Positions 18,409-33,122 of a stretch of 64,000 nucleotides of DNA are shown here, piece by piece. Source of the stretch: the human T2T-CHM13v2.0 reference genome, Homo sapiens; NCBI RefSeq assembly GCF_009914755.1, contig NC_060926.1; one strand, given 5' to 3'. The position numbers and the translations under genes were made by a program. The notes beneath the pieces were generated by a model that made no database searches, had not been told where the DNA came from, and worked only from the letters and a program-made list of their open reading frames with translations. Numbering within the stretch: the stretch's first letter is position 1; each line of letters begins with the position of its first letter.

Positions 18409-20720
18409 AAACGGATACTTTTCAAAAGAAGACACACATGTGGCCAACAATCATGTGAAAAAAAGCTCAACATCACTGATCATTAGAGAAATGCAGATCA
18501 AAACCACAATGAGATACCATCTCACACCAATCAGAATGGCTATTACTAAAAACTCAAAAAAAAAAAAAAACATGCTGACGAGGTTGCAGAGAAAAAGGAA
18601 TGCTTATACACTGTTGGTGGGAGTATAAATAAGTTCAACCATGGTGGAAGACAGTGTGGTGATTCCTCAAAGACCTAAAAACAAAAATACCATTTGACAC
18701 AGCAATCCCATTACTGGGTATATACCCAAAAGAATATGAATTGTTCTGTTATAAAAATACATGCACGTATATGCTCATTGCAGCACCATTCACAAGGACA
18801 AAGACATGGAATCAACCTGAAAGCCCATCAATGATAGACTGGATAAAGAAAATGTAGTACATATACACCAGGGAATACTATGCAGCCATAAAAAAGAATG
18901 AGATCATATCCTTTCCAGGGGCATGGATGGAGCTGGAGGCCATTATCCTTAGCAAACTAGCACAGGAACAGAAAAACAAATGCTACATGTTCTCACTTAT
19001 AGGTGGGAGCTAAATGATTAGAACACATGGACACATAGAGGGGAACAATACACAGTGGGGCCTATCAGAGGGTAGAAGATAGGAAGAGGCAGAGGATCAG
19101 AAAAATAACTGAGTACTAGGCTTAATACCTGGTGATGAAATAATCTGTACAACAAACCCCCATGACACAAGTTTACCTATGTACCAAGCCTGCACATGTA
19201 CCCCAGAACTTAAAAGTTAAAAAAAAATATTTCCTCCTCTCTTCCTCTGGGACTCAACTATATGTTATAAATTGAGTGACAGTATCCCACCAGTTTCTTA
19301 CATTTTTCCATTCTTTTTTTCCTCTGAGCTTCAATTTGAATGATTTTGATTGACCAGTCTTTCAGTTCACAGATCCTTTCTCTTACTGTTTCCAGAATGC
19401 TTTTAAGTCCTTCAATGAATTATCCATTTCAAATACTGTATTTTTTAGATCTAGAATTTTTACTTGGTTCTCTTCCATTTTCACTGTCTTCAAAATTCCC
19501 ATTTTGCCCACCATTTGTACACTGTTTCCACGTTGATACGTTTATGACAGTTATTTTAAAGTTCTTGTCTCTAATTTGAACATCTGGGTCATCTGTGGGT
19601 TTACTTCTATTGACTGCTTTTATCCCTCCATAAGTGGTAATTTTTTATTCTATGAATGAACATTATAAATGATAGAGACTCTGGATTTTTTAAATATCTT
19701 CCTCTAAAAAGTGTTCAGTTCTTTTTTGGAAGGCAATTCCTGGCAGATTATGTTCGTCCTATAGAGGCTTCGTTAGAGGATGGGTCTATTTCAGTTTCTG
19801 TAGAACATGGTCCTTGCTCTTAAAACTTGGCCTTTCTGGGATCTCAACAGAATTCTGGGACTATTTAATGAGAACTCTCTGCTTTTGCTCAGACTCCAAT
19901 AACTCTGAATTCAGACTTCTGAACTTTCTAGTCAGCTCTCAGCCCTCCAGCGTCTGTTCTCTGTAGTTTCTCCTGGAGGCTTACCCTGTACACACCCAAC
20001 TTATTTTCAGCCAAGAACCTGAGAAGAATAACTACATAGATTTCTGGGCTCTTTATCTGCTATTCCTTTTTCTTTAGAAACCTGCTCAACAAATTCCAGC
20101 CCCCGTAGGAGCCCTAAATTGCCATCTCTGCTTTCTCTTCTCCCTCTGCTCAGCGTCTGCTTCCTCCACGCACCAAGACTGCCATTCTCTGCTTGGGTTT
20201 CTCTCTGCTTGGGTTTCACTCCGCTGTGCGGGAATCACTGCCAGATAAAAAGCTGCTGTAAATGTGGAGCTCACCGCTTGTGCTTCCCTTCTCTTTAGAA
20301 GTGCCTCCTTCCACTTTCCATTGTTCAATGCCAGGATATAGTTCCTTCATGTAGTTTTCTGTTTCATAGCTGTTTAGAGCAGACGAGTGAATCCAATACC
20401 AGCTATTCCAGCATGGCCAGAACCAGAAATCCACTACTACTCATTCTTCAGTCTGAGTTTTTATATCACTTTCCCAGCAGCTTTCTGGAACAATTAAACT
20501 AAGTTAAATCCACTTCCTATGTATTTTCAGTTGTTAGTTTGCATGGATTTAAAAAATTTTAACCTAGATCTATGTTGTACATTTTAGCAAATTAAAGTCC
20601 TAAAGCGTATGCAATGTAATTTTATTTTATCCTAATTATATACTATATAAAGTCAAGAATTTCTACAATGGTTAAAACAAAGAAACAACTTTTTTCTTAC
20701 TCCCGCCTGTATTAATCATG

Positions 20721-21046
20721 GTTTTTTGTTGTTTTTGTTGTTTGTTTTGGTTTGATATTTTTGAGACAGGGTCTCACTCTGTCACTCAAGCTGGAGTGCA
20801 GTGATAGGATCATGGCTCATTGCAGCCTCAAACTACTGGGTGCAAGCCATCCTCTGCCTCAGCCTCCAGAGTAGCTGGCACTACAGGTACATGCCACCAC
20901 ACCCAGTTAATTTTTTAATATTTATTTTGTAGAGATGGGGCCTCACTATGTTGACCAGGCCAGTTTTGAACTCCAGGCCTCAAGCATTCCTCCTGCTTTG
21001 GCCTCCCAAAATCCTGGGATTATAGGCGTGAGCCACTATGCTCAGT
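20721..21046 (-). mobile_element. Alu (J-like)
   Basis: Alu consensus. Confidence 0.85.
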
Positions 21047-21094
21047 CAATCACATTTTGTTTTGTTTTTAAGAAAAAAAAAAAGCTTCTGTAAG

Positions 21095-21870
<776 letters not shown>

Positions 21871-22663
21871 GGTGCAATTTTAGAATTCCACCCCACCCAC
21901 CCCCTAATTTCCATTCCTCAGAAGCTGCCTTTTCGACCTCTAAATAAATTTCTCTAAGTTTTGCCTTCATGTTTCTAAGTAACATGTTTATATTATTCAT
22001 TGATTTTTTTTTAGTTTGAAATACTAACTACTAACTGCATATTGTGGAAGAAAAATATTATCTCTCAATTCTCCCCTGACAGTTTTCATACTTCTCGCCA
22101 TTCCTCCAATATATTCTATAACATACATTTTTGTTAGATTGTTAGTGTTTATATTAGTTTATATGTGTAACTGTCAGAGTTTAACAATATATTACAATAA
22201 TTATATTTCCTTTCCTGTATCATTTTTAATTTCCCTGTAGTTAACATGTGTCTTGCTTTTTTATGTTTCTTTGTTTGCTTGTCCAATTTTCTGTGTAATT
22301 ATTAAGTCATTCTCAAACTTTCTATTAGAGTTCCATTAAAACTGTCCTTTTAATGTGCTCAAACTAACAGTACCTATTTAAATAAATACAGGAAACAGAT
22401 TTTGATTATGCTAATGAAGATAAACACCTTACTATATACTTTACATTATTTTCAAGTATTAATGTTTCAAATTTTATTTAAATGGACATATATCCCCCAA
22501 ATTCTTGAGAATTTGCCAATGAAGCTTAGGAAAAACTATTTGCAGAGTAAAACAAACAGTATGTATTGCCTCCAGCAAAACTATTCCTTGTTTTTTCATT
22601 GCTTAAAACAAACAAACAAACAACAACAACAACAAAAACCTATGCTTAAAAAACTGTCTTCAC

Positions 22664-23236
22664 AGTGTGGCGATTCCTCAAGGATCTAGAACTAGAAATA
22701 CCATTTAACCCAGCGATCCCATTACTGGGCATATACCCAAAGGATTATAAATCATGCTACTATAAGACACATGCACACGTATGTTTATTGTGGCACTTTT
22801 CACAATAGCAAAGACTTGGAACCAACCCAAATGTCCATCAATGACAGACTGGATTAAGAAAATGTGGCACATATACACCATGGAATACTATGCAGCCATA
22901 AAAAAGGATGAGTTCATGTCCTTTGCAGGGACATGGATGAAGCTGGAAACCATCATTCTTAGCAAACTATCACAAGGACAGAAAAACAAACACCGCATAT
23001 TCTCACTCATAGGTGGGAATTGAACAATGAGAATACATGGACACAGGGTGGGGAACATCACACACCAGGGCCTGTAGGGGGCTGGAGGGCTGGGGAAGGG
23101 ATAGCATTAGGAGAAATACCTAATGTAAATGATGACTTGACAGGTGCAGCAAGCCAACATGGCACATATATACCTATGTAACAAACCTACATGTTGTGCA
23201 CATGTACCCTAGAACTTAAAGTATAATAAAAAAAAT
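22664..23236 (+). mobile_element. 5'-truncated L1PA (PA6/7-like)
   Basis: ORF2 C-terminus (ORF 22781..23023); TSD AAAAAACTGTCTTCAC at 22648-22663 and 23237-23252. Confidence 0.9.
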
Positions 23237-23351
23237 AAAAAACTGTCTTCACTACTCAACACTTAAACAGATAAAGTCTGAAAAATAATATGGAGCATAG
23301 AGGAGAAAAGGCTTTAGGATTTCCCTAAAATTCAACTAATGTAATAAATAA

Positions 23352-23690
<339 letters not shown>

Positions 23691-23913
23691 ATTTTTTTAA
23701 AAAGTTTTAAGATACATTTAAGATTCTAATAAGCCTAACTGTAAACAGAAACATAGTAAGTGCCGGTGTGTGAGGCAGTTTAATGAAGTGTGGTCTGAAA
23801 CCAGACTGCCCACATTCCCAGCTCAACCACTTACCACTTACCAGCTCTATGACCTTAAGAAAGGTCCTTAACCACAGAGTGCCTCAGTTTCTTCATCCGT
23901 AAAATAAGGATGA

Positions 23914-23915
<2 letters not shown>

Positions 23916-23962
<47 letters not shown>
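23916..23962. repeat. (TG)n microsatellite
   Basis: Pure TG run. Confidence 0.97.
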
Positions 23963-23964
<2 letters not shown>

Positions 23965-24382
23965 GTAATAAAGACTGACTAAGTTAATCCTTAAAAAAAT
24001 AATTAGAGACAAAGGGGAATACAGGATAGAAGAAAAGGAATGGGAAAGGAGATGGGAAAAACTCTAAGGTGGAAGACAGTAGATGGGAAGAGAAGAGCAA
24101 GATAGAGATAAATACATGCAGAATGAATACTGGAAACCACAGACAGTAACATCTCAGGAAAGAAATCTACTAAGATTATGCATTTCGCAGTAAAATTGTT
24201 TCTTTTTTTAAAACACCACTATAGCCCATGGTATAGAAATAGAATACTGTAAGATACCAAATAAAAAGGCACTTACTGCTTTTGTTTCTTTTCTACTCAT
24301 TTTTATAAAAAGACAGAATTAGGGTAGAATATTTGGAACTATAAGGAGCCATTCTAATATCTAGAAGAGATATTAACATTAC

Positions 24383-24528
24383 CTGTACAGAAAAATACTT
24401 CACTTCATCGAACTTAATTACAGTGTTCTTCTCATCGTTTTTGGATAGCAAGCTACACATTTTTGTACATTTCACAGCTTTGTTTATAGAGATGCGAATG
24501 AATAAATTAGCATAATGTTGTAAACTGA
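24383..24528 (-). CDS. C2CD6: C2CD6 exon 4, (I)SLQHYANLFIRISINKAVKCTK...KYFSVQ
   Basis: TTTCAG acceptor, CAG|GTAATG donor, 146 nt, phase 1/0; contained in ORF 24293..24577. Confidence 0.9.
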
Positions 24529-25867
24529 CTGAAAATAGAATGATATTCAGGAAATAAATTTTGTTGTAATTGAACAATAATACATTATAAAATTAATACA
24601 TTAAACGATTCAGACCAAAACCTAAGAATCAATCATGTAGCATTAAACAATAGAAAAAAAGTATTCTAAAATAGTATTTTTGCCCATCACTGGTGGACAC
24701 AATATAAGTAAAAGAAGGTTGATTCTTCCTTACATCCCTTATATTTTTAACCTCACATTTCCAACAAAATTCCTTTGCAAGTTTTGCTATGTATTAATTT
24801 CAAGGTGACTAAGTATATGCAATATATAGTTGAAATTTTTCCTAAGGAAAATTATGTAGAAATTCAAAATATTTAAAAATATATCAGATTAACCTATTTT
24901 TAATTTTGAGACAAAAAGTGTTCTACTCTAATTCACTTAAGAATATAGTTCATTTATACTATATTGGTCTGTATTGTATCTTTCATAGAATGCTACAGAG
25001 TAAAACAATTTTGTTTCAAGATTTAACTATCTTCAAAAATCTCATTATACAGAATTATTTTCCAAAATTCTCTTTATATAAAAAAGAAACATCAAATCTC
25101 CATAATGAGGCTGGTTTTATGCTGTGATAAATCTAAAAATAAGCACTCAGCTTGTTTAAAAGCACCAATATAAATTAAATCCTTTTAAAAATGTTTAAAG
25201 GAAGCACACATTACTTACAAATAAATTAGCATTATCATACAAGAAGATATATATTTTTCCTTTCATTTATATGGTGATTGAGGTGATTACAGATGGCTGA
25301 AAAGCTTTTGTTACTCTCACATCAAAAAGTCCACTTTATTTCCCCTGCCACTAAATCTGGGCTGGCTCTATGATTACATTAACCAATAAAATGTAATGGA
25401 ATGTGACTAGGGTTGGGACTAGTAAGCCAAAAAGGCACTCAACTAGAGCACAAAATTTAAGGGGACACCAACAACTAGTAATCAAGATAAATAATATATT
25501 ACTGTGATATATTTTTAAATTAAAATTAATAAAGGGGGATAAAACATGATAGGACTTAGGGAAAGAGAGAGAGATCCAACCATTTCAGCATCCCTGCTAA
25601 GTCTAGCCTTCCATGCATCCCCACTAAAGCAACTAGACATGTAAATGGGCCACTTCAGATATTCTAGCCCTTTTGAACTGTCAGACAACAGCCCAAGCTT
25701 TTATATCATGAAGCAGAAGAAGCAAATAGTGAATGAACAGTAGTGATTGATGATAAAATGGTCAATGTGTTAAGCCACTAAGTTTTGGAATGGTTTGTAA
25801 TGCAGCAATGGATAACTGAAACAGTGAGATATAATTACTATGATTCTTAAATCAAAAGAAAGGATAC
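24529..25867 (-). other. C2CD6: U12-type (minor spliceosome) GT-AG intron 3 of C2CD6
   Basis: 5' splice site GTATCCTTT matches U12 consensus; TTTCCTGAAT branch-like motif about 17-20 nt before the AG. Confidence 0.8.
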
Positions 25868-25919
25868 TCTTAGGCATAAAATGTCTGCAGTTCTTTATAT
25901 GAATGCCCAGGCAGCCAAC
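25868..25919 (-). CDS. C2CD6: C2CD6 exon 3, VGCLGIHIKNCRHFMPK(I), start of C2 domain
   Basis: TTGTAG acceptor, 52 nt, phase 0/1, followed by GTATCCTTT donor; frame continuous with exons 2 and 4. Confidence 0.85.
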
Positions 25920-26770
25920 CTACAACAATCAAAACAAAAACACAGACAGTGAATGCATTTAAAAAGTTAACTGTTCTTTCACTTTACACTGAGCTCTATT
26001 TTTAAAAAGTAAAACTCCACGTTGTTGGTTTTTCTCATTTGAAATATTGTTTCTCAAGAAAAATATCTAGTTAATAGAAATCATCGGAAAGCAGAAATAC
26101 AGAAGAAAAATGCGCAGGCCACATTCAAAGTAAACCTAAAATGAACAAGAATACAAAGCCAAAGAATAATAATTCATTATTAACATAAATCTGATCATCA
26201 CTCTTTAAATTGTTTTTATTTGATATTAGGTGAGAACTGATAAAATATAGCACCCTGCATATAAAATTAAGAAATGTGCCTTATTTCAGACAAACTCTTT
26301 TATCCAGTATCCTAAGACCACTTAATTCATTCAGCAATGATTCATTGGCTATAACATGCCAAGGACTGTAAAATATTCATGCTCTTGCACCAAGTTTTTC
26401 TAAATGTTAAAGAAAACTGCATCATGTGCTTAACCAAAAAATCAAATACAAAATAAATGCAGGAACATCTGAATCCTAATATGAGAATTAGCCAAATATA
26501 TTTAGCCATGTTTAGTATTTAAAACCAAGTAAAAATAACAGAAATATTATATTAAACATTGTATATGATAGGAGGTAGAGGGACAAGAAAAATTCTTATT
26601 TCATACCCAGTTACCACTCTAATAGTGTTCAGAAAATAAAAATAACTGTAAATGAATGTCATAATATTTGACAGTTCTATATGCATGTAGATTCTCATGT
26701 CTTGTTCTGTACTTTGAAAACAGAATAACAGATTTTTCTGGTTCTCAGCCTAGATACTGGGTCCTCCCTC

Positions 26771-26784
26771 TGTGTGGTGTGTGT

Positions 26785-26820
<36 letters not shown>

Positions 26821-26825
26821 GAGAG
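26771..26825. repeat. (TG)n/(GA)n microsatellite
   Basis: Interrupted TG run. Confidence 0.9.
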
Positions 26826-27256
26826 GGGGGTGTTTGCTTTTGTTTCTAGGAGGTTTTTTGGATCGGGGAGGGGCGCAGGATCAATTTTCAGACTTTAGCA
26901 TGATCTAGCAATAAATATAATCACTTTAAGAGCTCAGTAAAATTACTGATTCCCAGGCTCCTCTCCTAGAGATTCTAAGTTAGCAGATCTTAGGTGGAGC
27001 CTCAAGTTAATGTTTTATAAAAAGCATCTGAGGTAATTCCAATATAACTAGATTTGGGAATCCCTAATATAGAAGATATTATTTCTGTGAATCAGGATGT
27101 TTTCCATAATTTCAGTGATTATTACAATGTTTTTCTGACTCATAAAAATGAAAAATTCATAAATACGCCATCAGAGAGAACCATTTTCTGCATATACTGT
27201 TTGATTATCAAATAATAAATAACTTATACAGGTTTTTGAGGGTTACTCATACATAC

Positions 27257-27343
27257 CACATCCCCAAATGGCACCAAATTTGGTGTCTCCTGTGTTATTT
27301 CCAGTTCTTCACTATCAGACTCTTTAAGAGTTTTTCTCAGCAT
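27257..27343 (-). CDS. C2CD6: C2CD6 exon 2, MLRKTLKESDSEELEITQETPNLVPFGDV
   Basis: TAG acceptor, GTG|GTATGT donor, 87 nt, phase 0/0, joins exon 1 in frame. Confidence 0.88.
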
Positions 27344-27690
27344 CTACAATGTAAATAAATTAAGATTTGGGAAGAGAAAGACAAACATAACTAGGTGAAA
27401 CATCAATTCAATAATTATTGTATGAATCTCTAGTAAGTGTCAGGTCTCCTCGGTAGTGGGGTATTAATATGATTAAGAAACTCATCCCTATCCTCAATAA
27501 GAAGTTAGTAGAGAAATAAAAATGTACACAAATATAAAATTAAGAGAATCATGAAAGAAGAGAAAAGTACATAGTTCTTCAGTTTGTTAAGAAATTGAAT
27601 ATTTAGTAGGATATCTTGAAAAGCTTATAAAGAGAATTCCAGTTGGCCCTAGTATAGGAGATACTTTGAGTCTGAATCTCTACTCAATCA

Positions 27691-27798
27691 AATATATATA
27701 TACATACACACACACACACACACACACATACACACACATATATATGCACACATGCACACACATATACACACATATACATGCACATGCACACACACACT
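27691..27798. repeat. (CA/TA)n microsatellite
   Basis: Degenerate CA run. Confidence 0.9.
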
Positions 27799-29267
27799 AT
27801 AGGGACAGAAAGCAAGGAAAGAGAAATCTTAAGAGATGCTGGAAAAGAACAGAGAGGAGTAGGGAACACAAAAGGAAGCACAGACAAAATCATCCTGAGA
27901 AAGAGAAAGTTCAACATTGAGCACAAAAATTCTGACCACAGGTCTAGGAGTTGGTAGTTCACAGCAATGGCCATAGAGAAGGGACCTGAAAGAGAAGGAC
28001 CAGAAGTAGCTCATCATGATGCGCACTGCTTCTGGGGTGAAGGCATCAGAGAAGAAGAGGTATCCCTGCATACATGGCAGGGAAGAGAAAGAAGGATATA
28101 AGAGGGGAAAATTAAGCATACCAGAAAAACCGAAGAGAACAACAGGTTATGCCCCTCCTTTCCCCTTACCTCCCATCAATTACAACTTCATCCATTTAAA
28201 AAAAAACTGCTTCAATACACTGAAAGAAGAGAGTACACTTAAACTATGGCAAAGAAATGACCATGGCCAAGAAATACGGAAAATCCGACCAACTCCATTA
28301 AAAGCTATTATAGGGAGAAAATGGGGAGAAATCTTCAGATGACAAAAATTCTTCCTCCCAAATAACCACAAAACAGAAGTAAATTATAACATAAGATTTC
28401 AAACTGAATTAAGTATCTTCAAACAAGCATTTGGAGATGTTTTTAAGCCTACAATTAACAATTCATTCATTTATTCAACAATTAAAACAGAAGTTGACCA
28501 AAGAGAAGAAAGAAAAAATGAAATGAGTGTTGATCAATTCAGAAAAGAAATTTTTAAAAAAGACAAACCATCCCAGAAATAAATGCTAAATTATAAAGTG
28601 CCCAAAGGTAGCATCGATTCAAAAAAACTTTATAAGGGGCATTGAAGAAGATAAGAACCAGTGAAGAGAATGATAATGAGATAGAGAAAGAAGCATAAAG
28701 GGTCAGAGAAAAATGGTTGAATTGGAAGGCAGGCAAATGAAAAATCCTCGAAGTAAAACAAAACAATGGAGGAAAAACGAATGTTTAAAGTTATAATCCA
28801 AGAAAAATTTAAGTATTAAGAGAAAAATCTGTATGTGGATAGGACTCACCATGTGTCTAGAAAAACTGGCTCATAATGATCAACTCCAAGATGTGTCCTA
28901 GTAAAATTATTAGGCTTTATAAAGACATCTTGCCTACAGGCAAATGACCAAATTATCTATGAAGATAAGAAATAAGACTGGCATCATATTTCTCAAGGGC
29001 AACATACAAAGCAATGCAACTGCAGAGCTGTATTTTTATAAAGTTCAAGGCAAGGAAGGTCAAGCCAAGGATTTTTATCCAACCAAGTCTATTTTTATCC
29101 AACAAAGTAACAGCATTCATGTATCAAGGCTATTTTTAAAAATACATGAAACAGGCATTCCAGATAACACTTTACTCTTGAGCCCCTCCCAAGAAACCTA
29201 CTAAAAGATGAGCTTCAACCAAACCAAAAGATAGTGGGGAAAACTTCAGGATAAGACTTATGGAGAG

Positions 29268-29581
<314 letters not shown>

Positions 29582-30020
29582 TTAATATATTTAACTGCAG
29601 AGTTAAGATTAAAGTAAAGATTCAAATGTTACTACTACAGAAACCACCAAACAACTATAATAAATAGTAAGGGAGAAAGAAAGGAACAAAGTACACACAA
29701 AAACAAGAAATTAATTAATAAAATGATGAGAATAAGCCCCCACCTATCAATAATAACCTTGAATGTGAATGAATTAAGCTCTCCACTTCAAAGATATACA
29801 CTGGCTAAATGGATCAAAAAAACATGACCCGATCTTTCGGATTTGGGTAAAAGAAGCCAGACCTACTGAGTTTACATTTTGCTTCTGCCCTCTCTGGCTG
29901 TGTTACCCTGGGCAAGTTACTTAACCTCTCTAACCCAGAGATGCTGCATGCAATTTGCTGAATCATAACAGAACCTATTTTATGGGGCTCTTGTGAGACT
30001 TAAGGAAATTAATATAAATA

Positions 30021-30310
30021 GGTCAGACATGGTGGCTGACACCTGTAATCACAGCAATTTGGGAGGTCAAAGCAGGAGGACTGCTTGAGCCTAGGAGTTC
30101 GAGACCAGCCTGGGAAACCTAGTGATACCGGCCCCCATCTCTACAAAAGATAAAAGTAAATTAGCCTGGTGTGATGGCACATGCCTGTGGGCTGAGGTGG
30201 GATCATTGCTTGAGCCCAGGAGTTCAAGGCTGTAGTGAGCTATGATTTTGCCACAGCACTCCAGCCTGGGGGACACACACACACACAAGACTCTGTCCAC
30301 ACACACACAA
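30021..30310 (+). mobile_element. AluJ inside a MIR fragment
   Basis: Alu consensus with internal deletion; MIR motifs (gggcaagttacttaacctctct) on flanks. Confidence 0.82.
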
Positions 30311-31186
30311 AATTAATATAAAGAAAGCAACTAATATACAGTACCTGGTATATGGTAATCAATACTTAAGAGTTTACTCTAGTTAAAAACCGAATTGCCT
30401 TTCCCAAAAATGCATACGTTGCAATCCTCACTCCTTGTGCCTCAGAATGTCATTGTATTTGGAGATAGGATTTTAAAAGAGGTAATTAGATTAAAATGAG
30501 GTCATCAGGGTGGACCCTAATCCCATATGCTGAGAAGAGAGGTCTCAGAAGAAACCAACTCTACCACCTTAATTTTGGACTTCCAAGCCCCAAAACTGTG
30601 AGAAAATAAATGTCTGAGGTTTAAAATACCCAGTCTGTGGAGCTTTGTCATGCAGCTCTAGCAACAAATGCTGCTTGCATTATGGGACAGCAATGCTAGA
30701 TTTTACATATGGTAAGCATTCCTTCTATAAGCATTTATTAGCACCTACTACCTGCTGGCTGAGCTGGGACTCATATAGGGTAATTGCCTCCAGCATAATT
30801 TTTTTGGGTCATGGGGCAGACAGGGTCTTGCTTTGTCACCCAGGATGGAATGCAGTGGTACAATCATAGCTCGTTGTAGCCTCAAACTCCTGGGCTCAAG
30901 TGATCCTCTCACCTTGGCCTCTCAAAGTACTAGGATTAGAGGCATGAGCCATCATACCCAGCCTCAGGCACAAAACTTAACTGAATGCCAAAAAACTCAG
31001 TCACCGTGATAATAATGTGTATACACTTTTTTTTAAAATTTTGGTAGAGGGGAAGGGGCATGGAGCTCTCATGCTCTCTCTGGGCATGTGACCCTCGAGG
31101 AATATTTTAATGCATGTTTTTAAAAAAATCAAAATGCTTTCCCCACTTCTCACTACTGCACTTCACCAATACTACAAAGAAAATAC

Positions 31187-31535
31187 GCTGGACACAGTGG
31201 CTTATGCCTATAATCCCAGCACTTTGGGAGGCCAAGGTGGGCAAATCATTTGAGCCCAGGAGTTCCAGACCAGCCTGGGCTACGTGGCAAAACCACGTCT
31301 CTACAAAATATATAAAAATTAGCCAGGCATGGTGGCGAGTTCCTACAGTCCTAGCTACTCAGGAGGCTGAGTTGGGAGGATCACCTGAGCCCAGGAGGTT
31401 GAGGCTGCAGTGAACAGTGATTATGCCACTACACTCCAGCCTCTGTGACAGAGTAAGATCCTGTCTCAAAAAAAAAAAAAGAAACAAACAAACAAAGAAA
31501 GAAAGAAAAAAGAAAAGAGAAAGAAAGAAAAATGC
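31187..31535 (+). mobile_element. AluJ with long A-rich tail
   Basis: Alu consensus. Confidence 0.88.
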
Positions 31536-32822
31536 AAAAAAGTTGATTAAAAAAAAAAACATGACCCAACTATATGCTGCCTATAAGAAACTCATCTCAT
31601 CTGTAAAGGCACATACAGAATGAAAGTAAAGGGATAGAAAAAAATATTCCAAGAATAGCTATGCCAGGAGCAGAAGTAGCTATGGTTATATCAGATAAAA
31701 TAGACTTAAAGTAAAAAACAGTAAAGAGACAATTTAAAAAAAGGTCATTAGGTCATTATATAATGATAAATGTGTCAATTCAGCAAGAGGATATAACAAT
31801 TCTAAATATATTATGTACCCAACACCAGAGTACTCAGATATATAAATAGTATTACATCCAAAGGGAAGGATAGACTCCAATACAATAATATCTGGGGACT
31901 TTAACACACTACTCTCAGCATTAGACAGATCATCTAGACAGAAAACTAACAGAGAAACATGGGATTTAAATTACACATTAAACCAAATAGACCTAACAGA
32001 CATTTACAGAATATTTCATCCAACAGCTACCGAATACATACTCTTCTCATCACCACATGGAAAATTCTCCATGACAGACTATATCTTAGGACACAAAACA
32101 AGTCTTACCAAATTTTAAAACATTAAAATCATATCAAGTATCTTCTGAGACCACAATGGAATAAAACTAGAAATCAGTAACAAGGGGAACTTTGGAAACT
32201 GTACAAACACAGGTAAATTAACAACATGCTCTTCAATGATCATTGGGTCAAGGAAGAAATTAAACAGAAAATTAAAAAATTTCTTGAAACTCATACAAAT
32301 TGAAACACAACATACCAAAACTATGGGATACAGCAAAAGCAGTGCTAAGAGGGAAGATTATAGCAGTAAGCACCTACATCAAAGAAGTAGAAAGGTTTCA
32401 AATAAACAATCTAACAATACACATCAAGAAAGAAGAAAAGCAAGAATAAACCAAACCTAAAATTAGTGGAAGAAAAGAAATAACAAAGATCAGAGCAGAA
32501 GTAATTGAAATAGAACCTTTAAAAAGTACAAAGAATCAGCAAAACAAAATTTGGCTTTTGACCTTACTAAAGTAACCAAGAAAAAGAGAACCTCAAATAA
32601 ACAAACTCAGAAATGAAAAAGGAAATATAACTATGTCACAGACATACAAAAGATTACCAGAGACTATTAGAAACAACTATACACTAACAAATTGGAAAAC
32701 TCAGAAGAAATGGATAAATTCCTAGACAAATACAAGTGACCAATATTGACTTAGGAAGAAATAGAAAGCCTGAACAGACCAATAACAAGTAATGAGATTG
32801 AAGCAGTAATAAGATGTCTCTC

Positions 32823-33122
32823 AGCTAGGCACAGTGGCTCATGCCTGTAATCCCAGCACTTCGGGAGGCTGAGGCAGGCAGATCATGAGGTCAGGAGATC
32901 GAGACCATCCTAGCTAACACAGTGAAACCCCGTCTCTACTAAAATATACGAAAAAAAATTAGCCGGGCGTGGTGGCGGGCGCCTGTAGTCTCAGCTACTC
33001 AGGAGGCTGAGGCAGGAGAATGGCGTGAACCTGGGAGGCAGAGCTTGCAGTGAGCCGAGATCATGCCACTGCACTCCAGCCTGGGTGACAGTGCGAGACT
33101 CCGTCTCAAAAAAAAAAAAAAA
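32823..33122 (+). mobile_element. AluY
   Basis: AluY diagnostics (gagatcgagaccatcc, gagaatggcgtgaacc). Confidence 0.92.

Noticed and set aside
29071-29110. Short tandem duplications (also 20186-20217, 5240-5310, 36031-36062)
   Set aside because: Ordinary slippage duplications or known L1 5'UTR subfamily features; no CRISPR-like repeat-spacer structure
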